Source: Spironucleus salmonicida
Taxonomy: Eukaryota
Direction of reading: 5' to 3'
Assembly: GCF_000497125.1 (NCBI RefSeq)
Contig: NC_090596.1
Span: 930,001-994,000, forward strand
Length of the DNA: 64,000 bases
Below the pieces are notes generated by a model. It saw only the letters and a program-made list of their open reading frames with translations. It searched no databases and was not told where the DNA came from. Positions 24,994 through 38,045 of this stretch are shown here, piece by piece (position 1 is the first letter of the stretch; every line of letters starts with the position of its first letter). Both the position numbers and the translations under genes were made by a program.

Positions 24994-26524
24994 GGTTTGC
25001 TGTTATTCACTGCCGGATGTCCAGGGCGGCTGGCAGGCCCGTGATGCGGAACCTGCTCAAGCGCCACACGCTGCATGCGCAGGGAGCAGTGCGGTTTCTG
25101 ATGGTAGTCTCCATTATAGAATATGCACGGGTTTCCACTAAATGGGAAGTCGAGGGTAATCTGCGCCGCTGTTTAGTTGCGAGTCAAATTGCGGGTCCCC
25201 TGGTATCGTCCATGCACAGCCTGGATCCGTAGAGCGAGCACTTACGAGGTTGGCAAAAGGAAGTATACGCGCAATACATATCGGGTTGCGAGATAAACTG
25301 GAACTAAAAAGTAATTTTTAAAACGTTTTCAATATTGCCCACTTTCTAAAATGAAGTGGGGCCTGGTTGACAAGGTAGCTCTTGTTTAGGCGGGATAAAT
25401 TCACAATAAAAACTTCTACCTAATATAATAGTAGTATTTTTTTGAATTCACAGTAATTCAGCTGCGCTATAAGCACCGAAATATTCTTCGGTGCCGAAGT
25501 AGAGAGGACCGATAAGTGATGGCTACCGTCACAATTATGCAGTCTGCGTAGAATAACCTTGCCAGCTTATGTTTCGGGGATATTTCCAGGGCAGACTATC
25601 ATGAATGATTTAGTACTGAGATTGGTTAGCGCCGAATATTCTTTTTACTCGATACAACCTCGTTATCAGAGTTTTGTGGTTTGCTTCATTTGTGGTATAT
25701 ATCTTTATATATTTATTACCATTTGCTGATAGCATAAACTAGGTTATATGCGATGAGTAGAAAACTTACCATATGAGGAAAATGGTACGTTGGTCCCAGA
25801 CAACTATTATTCTATATTTGCATAGCATTGCATCCCTACTGCATGAGAATTGACTCTTAACATTTTTATTTTGGACCAAATAAAGTTTAGACTGTTTACA
25901 ACCAAACTTAGCACTGACACTAATATCATATCAGATGATCGGAGTGCCATACTTACTTGGCAGTATATATTTTTATCTGCATTAAGCTACTACTTACGCA
26001 TAGTATCTGTTAGACAGTGTTCTAGCTATTCCACTAGAATTATTTTCTTAGGGTTAGTGCGATGACTATTCTCCGCGTAAAAGTAGTGATCCAAATATTT
26101 TAAATATCAGGGCTCTGATCATTTTGCTGAGCTCAACCATAATTATAAACGATCTGTGCAATTAAAAAAATCATCGATACATCCAGTCAGGACTTTATGA
26201 TGCAATTATAATTTAGTCTGATTTAACTATGCCCTTGCATTATCTTGCGTCTGTGCAATCAGAAAAATCCTTAGTAGTAATGTAAATATAATCGTAACCA
26301 GTCTCAATAAAGAGGCATAGATAATCCCATTAATCAATTATTTCATACTCTGTAATACTCACTCTGCCAAATGTTAACGATCTCCCTATAAACTTTTTTG
26401 GGGCATGATTTTATGCTCTTGAATATATTATTGTATATTTATTGTTATATAAATAAGTGTCACTTTACTAGTCTAATAAAGATAAACACTAAATAGATTA
26501 TTATAATATAAGTTTTAAATGAAC

Positions 26525-27229
26525 TCAGTCAAAATCAACGTAAAAGTGGCAGTCTGTCTCTTTCAGGTAAGAAGCAGGGCAATCGCTTGAAATGGCGCCA
26601 AATGCCTAATGGACGGCGTCAGATTTTGCGGCTCCAGTTGCAAGAAGTACGTGTTTTTTAGCTTTTAGAATAGTCGAAATTCCTACCGTTAAAGAACTGT
26701 TAGGAATATGTTCTCCTTCCTGGAAAAATCTAGCATTTGCCTTAATAGTGCTTTCTGATAATTAAACTAAACGGGTTTTAGATGTACCATCGCTGCCTGG
26801 TTCATTAAATGCAATATGCCCATTGTGTCCGATTCCTAAAAGCCAGATATCAGGAGGACTTTATTAAACAAGAGACTCATAACGGTCACATTCTTATTGA
26901 ATGTCTTCTTGTTTAACTTCGCCATTTAGGAAATTGGTATTCTCGGGTTTAATATTGATATGTTTGAATAAATTTTCATACATGAAATACTTATAAGATT
27001 GGTGATGAGATCCACTTATCCCATAATATTCATCTAAATTAATTGTCTTCACTTGAGAGAAGTCTAATTTTTCTTCTTTATGAAGGCGAATTAGTTCGTT
27101 ATAAACTGGAATAGGAGTTGAACCTGTAGCTAATCCTAAGATACATACTGGATTTTAACGTACTATTGACGCGATTTCATTGGCTACATCAATAGCTGGA
27201 GTCGATGATTTAATGAGTTTCGAAGGCAT
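26525..27229 (-). CDS. nagB: Glucosamine-6-phosphate deaminase, left-arm copy
   Basis: Mirror of 29680-30384. Confidence 0.93.
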
Positions 27230-28335
27230 TTGAAAAAGTAAATCGGGAGTGGGATAAACTATTATATCGTTATAATTTTATTTATTTAGATGGTAAAATT
27301 AAAAGTAAAAAATATATATGATTTATTTTACTGATAATGATAGTTGAGTTGAGTTTATTCTAAATATGAGCTAATCTTTCAAACCGTTAAATCAGTAAGT
27401 TTGAATTAATATAACTGGAAATATAATATGATAGTTCAATTCAGTTAGTATATAATTGATTAATACCCACCGAAAAGTCTAACTATCATCAGTATATGCA
27501 GTATATTTATTTTCATCGAAATGATTGCATATCTTAAAAATCAATATACTTGCATTACCTTTAAATTTATTAATACAAATAGATGCTTTATAAAAGGATT
27601 TAGACGTGTTTTCTGTTATAGTAATACTATTATGGCCGTGTTGTCTTGACCGTTGTTTTCCCATTCGCCAGACAAGCCTCAGGAAGCTTGTTTTGAAATA
27701 ATAGTATGCTGATTTAAAAACGTGGAAGCCCTACCAATACTTCGCTCACTACACTGGGCCAGCTAGCAATCGCGATGAAACTCGCCATGTATTATGTTCC
27801 AAATAGATACCAAGGTGTCCATCTCCGGAGTTCGGGAATGGGAGATAGCATTAGTATGCGCGTAGGGTTTGTGAAATTTTGCTTTGAGCATCTGATCTCG
27901 CGGCGGTCCCGCTCAGTAACGCCGAGCAGGGATACGCTTGCTGGGCAGGTAGGGCATTGGGAGGGCGGAAGTTTTGCACGTATTGATCATATCAGTAAGC
28001 ATCATTATGTATAGTTGCATGTAATTAATAACCTTTTAAATGGCTAGCTATACGCACTGTGCTAATATTGGTTCATTTTCATATGTCGAAAATAAGTTAT
28101 TATTTGAAAATTATTAAGTATAATTAAAATTAATATCCTTTTTAATTATTGGGATCGATAATAAATAGTAATAATACTATACTAGAATAAGAACTAGTGA
28201 AAAACAGTTTAAAAGTAAGAACATTTATTAAACTCTTAATATGTATAATATAACTTATTTAATATACATACTTGTAATAAATATAATATATAACTATAAT
28301 GTAATAATATTTTAAACTCTCAACACAAGTTATAA

Positions 28336-28635
28336 ATGGGAGCAGTCGGAAGTTTGATATCTAGTGCGGACACGTACCTGCTGAGCCAAGTGGACGAGGT
28401 GGAGTAACTTGATAACATCCTTCCTAAGCCAACCACCGCCAATTTGAAGATAGCGAAGAACCAAACCTTCCCACCATTCGCTTAATCGCAGCAGCCATTG
28501 TAAAACATGTCCTCCAACAAGCTCATATGCAGCAACAGCCTGTCCTTCATGACAGAGCACTTCCTGCTCAGCTCCCAGGCGTCGCAGATGTTCAGCATGG
28601 TAGACGAGCCGCTGAAGGAGCTGTACGTCGACTGA
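28336..28635 (+). CDS. Small MG-family protein (99 aa), putatively N-myristoylated
   Basis: MGAVGSLISSADTYLLSQVD...SQMFSMVDEPLKELYVD; frame preserved in the second copy with a CAG/TAA swap. Confidence 0.75.
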
Positions 28636-28764
28636 AGTGGGGTAATGAGTTTATTTTGGTTTCTTTTTTATACTTACTATAAAGATAGGTAACCAACAAA
28701 TTTAATCGGATCCGCAGACCTTCCGAAATACGACTGGCGCACCTCCCATAGGCCAACGGCCATC

Positions 28765-29163
28765 ATGCGGCCCAGGCGATTGGAAAGTTCTGCATATGGC
28801 TTAACCACTCTGGCGGCTGACCACGCACAGGGCAGCATGGGAATTTCATGCAGCGGCGTGAAGAGCTTCTTTACCGTCGCCTGCGCCTTCCGCTACCATT
28901 CCACCGCTCTCGGAAACGTGGAGTAGCGCGTGCAAAACTTCCGCCCTCCCAATGCCCTACCTGCCCAGCAAGCGTATCCCTGCTCGGCGTTACTGAGCGG
29001 GACCGCCGCGAGATCAGATGCTCAAAGCAAAATTTCACAAACCCTACGCGCATACTAATGCTATCTCCCATTCCCGAACTCCGGAGATGGACACCTTGGT
29101 ATCTATTTGGAACATAATACATGGCGAGTTTCATCGCGATTGCTAGCTGGCCCAGTGTAGTGA
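28765..29163 (+). CDS. Possible hypothetical protein (132 aa) inside the 965-bp repeat
   Basis: MRPRRLESSAYG... ends TAG-TGA; no motif recognised; copy at 46226-46624. Confidence 0.3.
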
Positions 29164-29679
29164 GCGAAGTATTGGTAGGGCTTCCACGTTTTTAAATCAG
29201 CATACTATTATTTCAAAACAAGCTTCCTGAGGCTTGTCTGGCGAATGGGAAAACAACGGTCAAGACAACACGGCCATAATAGTATTACTATAACAGAAAA
29301 CACGTCTAAATCCTTTTATAAAGCATCTATTTGTATTAATAAATTTAAAGGTAATGCAAGTATATTGATTTTTAAGATATGCAATCATTTCGATGAAAAT
29401 AAATATACTGCATATACTGATGATAGTTAGACTTTTCGGTGGGTATTAATCAATTATATACTAACTGAATTGAACTATCATATTATATTTCCAGTTATAT
29501 TAATTCAAACTTACTGATTTAACGGTTTGAAAGATTAGCTCATATTTAGAATAAACTCAACTCAACTATCATTATCAGTAAAATAAATCATATATATTTT
29601 TTACTTTTAATTTTACCATCTAAATAAATAAAATTATAACGATATAATAGTTTATCCCACTCCCGATTTACTTTTTCAA

Positions 29680-30384
29680 ATGCCTTCGAAACTCATTAAA
29701 TCATCGACTCCAGCTATTGATGTAGCCAATGAAATCGCGTCAATAGTACGTTAAAATCCAGTATGTATCTTAGGATTAGCTACAGGTTCAACTCCTATTC
29801 CAGTTTATAACGAACTAATTCGCCTTCATAAAGAAGAAAAATTAGACTTCTCTCAAGTGAAGACAATTAATTTAGATGAATATTATGGGATAAGTGGATC
29901 TCATCACCAATCTTATAAGTATTTCATGTATGAAAATTTATTCAAACATATCAATATTAAACCCGAGAATACCAATTTCCTAAATGGCGAAGTTAAACAA
30001 GAAGACATTCAATAAGAATGTGACCGTTATGAGTCTCTTGTTTAATAAAGTCCTCCTGATATCTGGCTTTTAGGAATCGGACACAATGGGCATATTGCAT
30101 TTAATGAACCAGGCAGCGATGGTACATCTAAAACCCGTTTAGTTTAATTATCAGAAAGCACTATTAAGGCAAATGCTAGATTTTTCCAGGAAGGAGAACA
30201 TATTCCTAACAGTTCTTTAACGGTAGGAATTTCGACTATTCTAAAAGCTAAAAAACACGTACTTCTTGCAACTGGAGCCGCAAAATCTGACGCCGTCCAT
30301 TAGGCATTTGGCGCCATTTCAAGCGATTGCCCTGCTTCTTACCTGAAAGAGACAGACTGCCACTTTTACGTTGATTTTGACTGA
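29680..30384 (+). CDS. nagB: Glucosamine-6-phosphate deaminase (234 aa)
   Basis: [55 protein letters not shown]. Confidence 0.95.
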
Positions 30385-31930
30385 GTTCATTTAAAACTTA
30401 TATTATAATAATCTATTTAGTGTTTATCTTTATTAGACTAGTAAAGTGACACTTATTTATATAACAATAAATATACAATAATATATTCAAGAGCATAAAA
30501 TCATGCCCCAAAAAAGTTTATAGGGAGATCGTTAACATTTGGCAGAGTGAGTATTACAGAGTATGAAATAATTGATTAATGGGATTATCTATGCCTCTTT
30601 ATTGAGACTGGTTACGATTATATTTACATTACTACTAACTCAATTACGACTAAGGATTTTTCTGATTGCACAGACGCAAGATAATGCAAGGGCATAGTTA
30701 AATCAGACTAAATTATAATTGCATCATAAAGTCCTGACTGGATGTATCGATGATTTTTTTAATTGCACAGATCGTTTATAATTATGGTTGAGCTCAGCAA
30801 AATGATCAGAGCCCTGATATTTAAAATATTTGGATCACTACTTTTACGCGGAGAATAGTCATCGCACTAACCCTAAGAAAATAATTCTAGTGGAATAGCT
30901 AGAACACTGTCTAACAGATACTATGCGTAAGTAGTAGCTTAATGCAGATAAAAATATATACTGCCAAGTAAGTATGGCACTCCGATCATCTGATATGATA
31001 TTAGTGTCAGTGCTAAGTTTGGTTGTAAACAGTCTAAACTTTATTTGGTCCAAAATAAAAATGTTAAGAGTCAATTCTCATGCAGTAGGGATGCAATGCT
31101 ATGCAAATATAGAATAATAGTTGTCTGGGACCAACGTACCATTTTCCTCATATGGTAAGTTTTCTACTCATCGCATATAACCTAGTTTATGCTATCAGCA
31201 AATGGTAATAAATATATAAAGATATATACCACAAATGAAGCAAACCACAAAACTCTGATAACGAGGTTGTATCGAGTAAAAAGAATATTCGGCGCTAACC
31301 AATCTCAGTACTAAATCATTCATGATAGTCTGCCCTGGAAATATCCCCGAAACATAAGCTGGCAAGGTTATTCTACGCAGACTGCATAATTGTGACGGTA
31401 GCCATCACTTATCGGTCCTCTCTACTTCGGCACCGAAGAATATTTCGGTGCTTATAGCGCAGCTGAATTACTGTGAATTCAACAAAATACTACTATTATA
31501 TTAGGTAGAAGTTTTTATTGTGAATTTATCCCGCCTAAACAAGAGCTACCTTGTCAACCAGGCCCCACTTCATTTTAGAAAGTGGGCAATATTGAAAACG
31601 TTTTAAAAATTACTTTTTAGTTCCAGTTTATCTCGCAACCCGATATGTATTGCGCGTATACTTCCTTTTGCCAACCTCGTAAGTGCTCGCTCTACGGATC
31701 CAGGCTGTGCATGGACGATACCAGGGGACCCGCAATTTGACTCGCAACTAAACAGCGGCGCAGATTACCCTCGACTTCCCATTTAGTGGAAACCCGTGCA
31801 TATTCTATAATGGAGACTACCATCAGAAACCGCACTGCTCCCTGCGCATGCAGCGTGTGGCGCTTGAGCAGGTTCCGCATCACGGGCCTGCCAGCCGCCC
31901 TGGACATCCGGCAGTGAATAACAGCAAACC

Positions 31931-32800
31931 TCACTTGCGCGCCTCCACCATGGAGTCGTGGCAGCTGGAGTAGTAGTAGAAGAAGTTGGCGCTCATGAGA
32001 TCGCCGAGCACGAAGGTGAAGTACACCCTCATGCCGCCCTGGGGCCAGCTGATGTTCTGGATCTTGAGGGTGTCCACCTCCCCCGTGATGGTCTGGCCGG
32101 CCTCGAACTCGACCTACTTGATCGAAGCGGGGAGCGCCTGGCTCCAGACGTGGGGCTCCTGCTCCGAAATCGCGATCAAAGACTGCTCGAAGAGGGGGGC
32201 ACCGCTGGCGTCCGCGAAGAGGGCCTTGCATATCTGCTTGGGGCCGTTGTTGGTGACCGAGACCGTGAACTTGCCGTCGCCGAACGGGTTCTGGAACTCC
32301 TTCACGTCCGCGGGGATGACCTGCTCCACCTTAAGCGTGAAGCCGGGGCACGCGAAGGCGGGCCTCCCGGTGGAGAGGCAGACGGTCGCGCCCGCGGTGT
32401 CGATCTCGGGGTGGCAGAAGTCGCCCTCCCATGGGGCGCCCTGGTTGACCCATCCGGCGGGGTTCGACCTGACCATGTCCTGGATATCCGCCAGGGACTT
32501 TACGAGCATCCCGGTGAAGGCGAGGTGGCCATCCTGGCTGGACCCGAAGAGGGCCATTCCGGTATTGAGGGCGGGCTGGGCCTCACCGACGATGATGAGC
32601 TTCACGGGGCCGGCGGGGACTGAGCCTCTGATGGGGGTGGCCTCGGCGAGGGTGAGCTGGTAGTGGCACTGGGGAGGCAGGGACATGGTGGCCATACCGG
32701 CCTTGGCAGCTGATATCTTGGCGTAGACGATGACCTCGGCGGTGAGCATCTGGCGCTCCACTCTGACGTGCTCGGGCATGCTGTCGTGCATCTTGTCCAT
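31931..32800 (-). CDS. Unknown-function GC-rich protein (289 aa), right-arm copy
   Basis: Mirror of 24124-24993; one G/D difference (IQGMV vs IQDMV). Confidence 0.85.
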
Positions 32801-32895
32801 GTTGATTGAGGAGTGGAAGGGGCGGCCACCTCGCTATTATGATGTTTAAGGCGGGTGTGCGTTTGTGAATTGCTGCGAGGGTGGGACCGCCATAA

Positions 32896-33021
32896 ATGGA
32901 AGCCCAGTCGTTCGACGCCTGGCCCTACGAGATCTACTGCGCCGCCTTCGAGGCGAACCCGCACTCCTACAAGGACGCGAAGTACCAGACCGGCGAGCAT
33001 GGCGCCGAGGAACAGACCTGA
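32896..33021 (+). CDS. 41-aa micro-ORF, right-arm copy
   Basis: Mirror of 23903-24028. Confidence 0.45.
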   Translation: MEAQSFDAWPYEIYCAAFEANPHSYKDAKYQTGEHGAEEQT

Positions 33022-33079
33022 TTTATGCCCTCACTGCACGCACCCTCCGCGTATTATACTATATTCCCTCGCTCCAAAA

Positions 33080-33832
33080 ATGATCTACGAGATCTACCAG
33101 CTCGCGGTCGGCTCCCGGCAGCTGCTGTTCCAGAAGACGCTGCACCCGATCACGGGCTCCTACAAGCAGCTCACGCCGAAGCTGGTGACGTCCTTCTTCT
33201 CGCAGTTCCACGCCGCCCAGAGCCCGCTCGGGCCGCTGGCGCACGTCCAGTTTGCGGACTTCTCCGCGTCCTTCGCCCAGAACGAGGCCAGCCAGGTGGT
33301 GGTGCTCCACTCCTGCTAGAGCCGCTTTTTCGGGGTACAGCTCGCGGGGGCCATCCTCCAGGCGCTCACGAAGTACCAGGGCACGCCGCAACCGGAGCTG
33401 ATTCAGCGGCACCGCATGGACATTCTGGGCTCCACGGTGCGCGGCATCCTGCTGGAGGTGGGCGAGATGCGCTACGTCCAGAACGCCTACCTCGTCTTCG
33501 GTGGCGAGCTCATCACCTCCCGCAGCGCCCCCAGCGCGACCGACCAGCTCGCCTTCCTGCAGAGCTAATTGTGCGACCGGGCCTCCCTGGTGTTTTCTGC
33601 GGCCCAGCGCATCATCGCGCACACGCACCCGCGCTTCACGCTGGCAGTCCACATCAACAAGCGCAAGACGGAGACGGCCGAGTGCGAGTACAGCCTCAAC
33701 ACTGCGCAGGGCCGGGCCAGCTTCGAGGACGCCCAGGATGGGCAGCAGCGCTGGTGCGACCTGGATGACATGGTCGCGGACATCTTCTGCGCCGTGTCAG
33801 GCTTCGTGGAGTGCTACGACCAGGTAGTGTGA
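33080..33832 (+). CDS. Hypothetical protein (250 aa), N-terminus possibly longin-like
   Basis: MIYEIYQLAVGSRQLLFQKTLHP...ECYDQVV; C-rich box and AAAA before ATG; GC3 bias. Fold guess is weak. Confidence 0.75.
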
Positions 33833-33846
33833 GAAAGTACGTCACT

Positions 33847-35778
33847 TCACCCGAGCTGCGCCACCACGTTAATGAGGTGCGGCATCAGCTGCTTCTTGCG
33901 GCTCACCACGCCCGGCATGTCGAACGCCCAGGTGTGGCCTTCCCAAGTGATGTAACCCATTACTTCAACTAGACTTTCTACTCCATCAGTAAGAAGGACA
34001 CTAATACCTTAAGTTACATCAGTAACTAGACAACATACCAAAAAAATGTTATCTTTATCACGGATTGATTAAAGCTCTCGTTTGATTTCTGCAAGGTCAT
34101 TTGGTAAGTTTACCAGAGAGCCAACCTCTACTTAACTAACTCCATACTTACCTAGCTTTGTATCAAATAGTTTATAGTCCTATCTGATCGTTTTATTTTT
34201 ATCCACTCCACTGAACCCTTCAACTGCAGAGAATATTTCATTTCCCCAAGATTAATGATCAATACCAGTAATTTATTCTAAATAACGCACTATATCACGA
34301 TCAACTTAAGTTGTTGTGGGTGATTTCAAAACCAAAGTATCTGTCATTATAGCACTGAGAAGAAGGCTTCCAATTAGTTTATTTATTGGAATGCCTTTTT
34401 GGCGATAAAGCTAGGTTATTATTGTACAAGTACATCCTAATGGTCTAACAGTCATTTTAACTGTATACTCTTAACTTTCTATAGCAATCTTGTGATGGTC
34501 GACAATTTCAATGATTTTTACACCAAGGGATTATGAGCCAGTTACCTACTACTAAATTTCGTTATGATCAACTAAAACTAGTTTGATAATGTTCAAATTA
34601 TTTAGATCATACTATGTGGCAATATTTACTAGATTATTACTGTCATCTACTATAGCAACAACATGGAGCTTGGGATTCTTTGAAAAACGATTGCGTAGCT
34701 CGATAATTGGAGACGCTTCATTGATGAAGTTGATCTTATCACGATTATAATAAAATCTAACGGGTGTTGATTGCTTTATTAGTAAAACAGCGGAGGCTAC
34801 TGTTAAATTAGTTGTAACAAGTGCCGTATTCTTGTTCATAAATAGATGAATTATGTCATTAAGTGGATCATCTTCGTCGAAAGAATCATCTTAATTAAAC
34901 GAATTAGATCCTAAAAGGGATATATCTTCGATAACATAATCAGCAGTGTCATTTCGCAATAACTACGGAATATTCTCTAAAGAACTGTCTTTTACAGAGG
35001 GAATTACACTTTCAAGCTACATGAGATCCACATTAGAACCTGCCGCCGATAAATTAATATAGACAGAATCGTTTGCCAATAAACCAGCCTTTTTACTCTT
35101 GATTTTCTTAACAATATCAAATGACTTAGATAAAATGATTGCTCCAGCATTCTTACTTATAAGATACTCAATGACTTCTTTGTTGAAAGAAATCGGAAAT
35201 ACTGATGTTTTCCACATACTATCGCTCCAATTCTCTGAAATAAGTTTAAAATCCTCTACAGAAACGGTAGAAACAGCGATATTAAAATCTTAAACCTCAT
35301 CCATGCTGCATTGGCAGTTCGTCTCGATGAGGGTGGCTTTGAGGGCTCTCCGAATTGACTGGATCGAGGCAGTCACGGTCTTAAGCTCTGACTCTTTGCT
35401 AGGACGAGTGAACACAGTAATCAGTGATGGTAGGTTCAATACGCCTTTATAGATGCCTTTATCAACAACTGGGAAGTTCGAGTGTTGAGATTCATGAAAA
35501 ATTTCAAAGGCTTTGGAAAGGGGGTCATTGATATCTAAAACCTTCAACTCCCGCTTTGGAAAATCTTTCAGAGCCGGTGTAATGTCTGGCTTGATTTCTG
35601 GCGCTTAAACGGAGAACTTGTTGAGGATAAACTGTGTCTGTTGCGCGATTGGTCCGGCAGCAATGGGGATGGCGTTGCTGCCGGGATTAAGCTAATTAAT
35701 ATAGTTGGCATACGTCAGCGCTGACATAACGGAGTCGGTATCAGGCGATTTGTGGCCACAGACGTAGATTTGAGACAT
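33847..35778 (-). CDS. ppaC: Mn-dependent (family II) inorganic pyrophosphatase with CBS-domain insert (643 aa)
   Basis: YVCGHKSPDTDSV, VLVDHNE, EIVDHHK, PLGCTCTII, SAIMTDTLVLKSPTTT, MPGVVSRKKQL. Long insert with CBS-like segments (SNFPVVDKGIYKGVL; HVVAIVDDSNNLV). Confidence 0.93.
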
Positions 35779-36251
35779 TCTTAGAGAGCGAAGCGAAAGT
35801 ATACAATAATATATGATATATCAATTAATAATATAAATGTATACTTTAATTTTCGCTATTAATATAATTATTATATTGTAATAGTAAATAAAGTAATTGT
35901 AAATGAAAAAGGTGAAAAAAATTATCTAACCCAACATTGTATAATCAGTGTTAACCTTTCGGTAAAAGAGATATTGTGATTTTGTTTTTTCAGGAAATTG
36001 CGGACTGCAAATTGTAAGTATTTGTGGTAAAATTCAGCTGCAATCGATATTGATTACAGAGTTTGCTTGGATTTGATAATTGAATGTCCGGCTCGATTTC
36101 GAGCATAAATTTATAGTAGAACCATTTCGCAGATTAACAAATATATTATAGCTTAATATATAATAATATATATTGTATTTTCACTGTAGATATTCCTAAA
36201 AACGGTATATTATATTGTTATTAATATATTATCCGAAAAAATTTAAACAAA

Positions 36252-36461
36252 ATGTAGGCCAGGCGATTACAACTTGCTGCGCTTATTATCTAAAACAGCA
36301 GTCCCGACCTTACGCCTTCACCAAAATCAATAAGATCTGCTAGAGTAGCATCGAAGAATCAATAACCTCGTTCGTCTAGAAAACATAGGGAGATTCCATT
36401 AAAATTATTTGAGGATTTGTAGATTGAAGACATCAATTTTGGAAACTATGATCAAATTTGA
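36252..36461 (+). CDS. Hypothetical protein (69 aa)
   Basis: MQARRLQLAAL...FEDLQIEDINFGNYDQI; GC-richer island in AT-rich flanks. Confidence 0.45.
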
Positions 36462-36738
36462 GGTATATACAAGGTTTAATGGTGAATATTAGTTAGATTT
36501 TACATATTGATAGTTATATTTTTATTTTGCTAGCATAAGATTTAAACAGTAATTTTGCAAGAAGCTATTTAAGTTGAATTATTTTACGAAGACAAAAGTA
36601 ACATACACATATCACTTTTTATCAGGAGATCTGTACTACTCGTTGACAACAATATTTAATTGTCAAAAACTTAATATCAATCTGAGTTATTTAAAAGATT
36701 GTGCTATAAAACATTCTACAATCTGCTTAAACTTTTTT

Positions 36739-37011
36739 ATGACGACGCATGTAGCTCATAAATGTTTTAGTTTTATCTTAGCTAGAGTCTAATACTTGTT
36801 GGCGCCCGATCACTATTAGCTTATTACTTTTTTTCATATTTTTATGCTACGCTAGTAGCCGAATTTGCATTATTATAATATTATCTCCTTATTGCATTTG
36901 TATCTTAAGCTAAAAGATGATTATCAGCTTAAGAAATAGCAGAAAGCTGAATCCCCATTTATTAATTAAGATTAAGATACGAGTAAAATATTGAGTATAA
37001 TGTGGTAATGA
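36739..37011 (+). CDS. Possible hypothetical protein (90 aa)
   Basis: Open ATG to TGA; SLLHLYLKLKDDY is faintly cyclin-box-like, unverified. Confidence 0.3.
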
Positions 37012-38045
37012 TATTTATGAAGTATAATATATTATTAAAAAAATATAAATATAAATATTTCTACTGCTGTTTCAATAAGTGAAATTAAGAAGCTTAGAAT
37101 GATAATGTTACTTTTTGAAAATAATTGTTTCTTAAATTTGTTAATATAGTATAATATTAATAAATAATAAATTTGGTTTGTATAGTTTTTTATTGTTTAA
37201 ACAATTAGCGAATATTAGTAATATATTTATTATCCGTAATAACAATACTATTACAAAAAATAAAATTATCTTAAGTTTGATAATTAAAGAATATATATAC
37301 ATTTGTATTAATTCATAATTTATTATACTAATTTATATAAAATTAGTTTCAAATTATATCCTAAATAAAGTAAATATAAAATTAAAAAAAATATGTATTC
37401 TAAAGTCAAATAAAACATAATCATTAAACAATAACAACTATTTACTATACAATATACTATAATAATTTTACCTCTTAAAGCATATTAGAGATCACTCATC
37501 TCTTCCGGTGTAAATACACTTACTGGAACTATTTAGTTCCAATATACTCTCGCCCAGCGTAACGTTGGCCGGATGCCGCGCGCCGGCCTTCCACAGCGTG
37601 CATGCGCAGCCCTCGCTTCGGGTGGTGCGCCGGAGCAAAACTCCGCCGAGCGCCATCCGGAAGCGAGCTTCCAGGACCGGAAAGGCGCGTGCGGCAAGTG
37701 GCCAATCACGGCGGCTTCGTGCCTGGGTGTGTTGCACTGCGGAACTGCACCTGCGCAATACGGCATTTGGAAGTCGGCTGCAGGTCCTACGTCACTAGTA
37801 GGCCCTGTGTGCAGGCCACAGCAGACGCAGCTACGCGACTACCTGGTGAATATATGCTGCCCTGCAGGATTGGGCGGCCTACAGGTCCACAGACCAGTGC
37901 AAGTGACTGGAGGCGGGTGAGTATGAGTCCTAGCCGAAACCTGCATTGCAATCACAGCGGCACAGAGGCCACGGTCAACGGTAGTTTCGACACGGTAATG
38001 AAGCCCGCCACACTCCAGCTGTGCAGGCTACCCAACAAATTGGTG

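Larger units (their letters stand above)
22994..27980. repeat. Inverted repeat 1, left arm (4987 bp; partner 28929-33930)
   Basis: Mirror coordinates sum to 56924 (outer part) and 56909 (inner part, after a 15-bp indel). Both ends located by first mismatch. Confidence 0.97.
28334..29298. repeat. 965-bp direct repeat, copy 1 (partner 45795-46759; partial inverted copy 27611-27980)
   Basis: Constant offset of 17461 with only a few substitutions. Confidence 0.95.
28929..33930. repeat. Inverted repeat 1, right arm (5002 bp)
   Basis: Reverse complement of 22994-27980 plus an extra 15 bp at 30639-30653. Confidence 0.97.

Noticed and set aside
23156-25232. Several overlapping long ORFs in the GC-rich IR1 arm (and their mirrors)
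   Set aside because: Alternative-frame or antisense shadows of the genes with clear GC3 bias.
25473-25499. Overlapping short palindromes GCACCGAA-ATATTC-TTCGGTGC and CTTCGG-TG-CCGAAG
   Set aside because: Single 8-bp stem with no supporting context; cannot be distinguished from chance.
25240-26500. Possible gene in the mid-arm of IR1
   Set aside because: Frames examined are interrupted by TGA and show no motif; at most a decayed remnant.
22994-33930. Composite transposon or TIR element interpretation of IR1/IR2
   Set aside because: Arms contain ordinary cellular genes; no transposase, integrase or target-site duplication seen.
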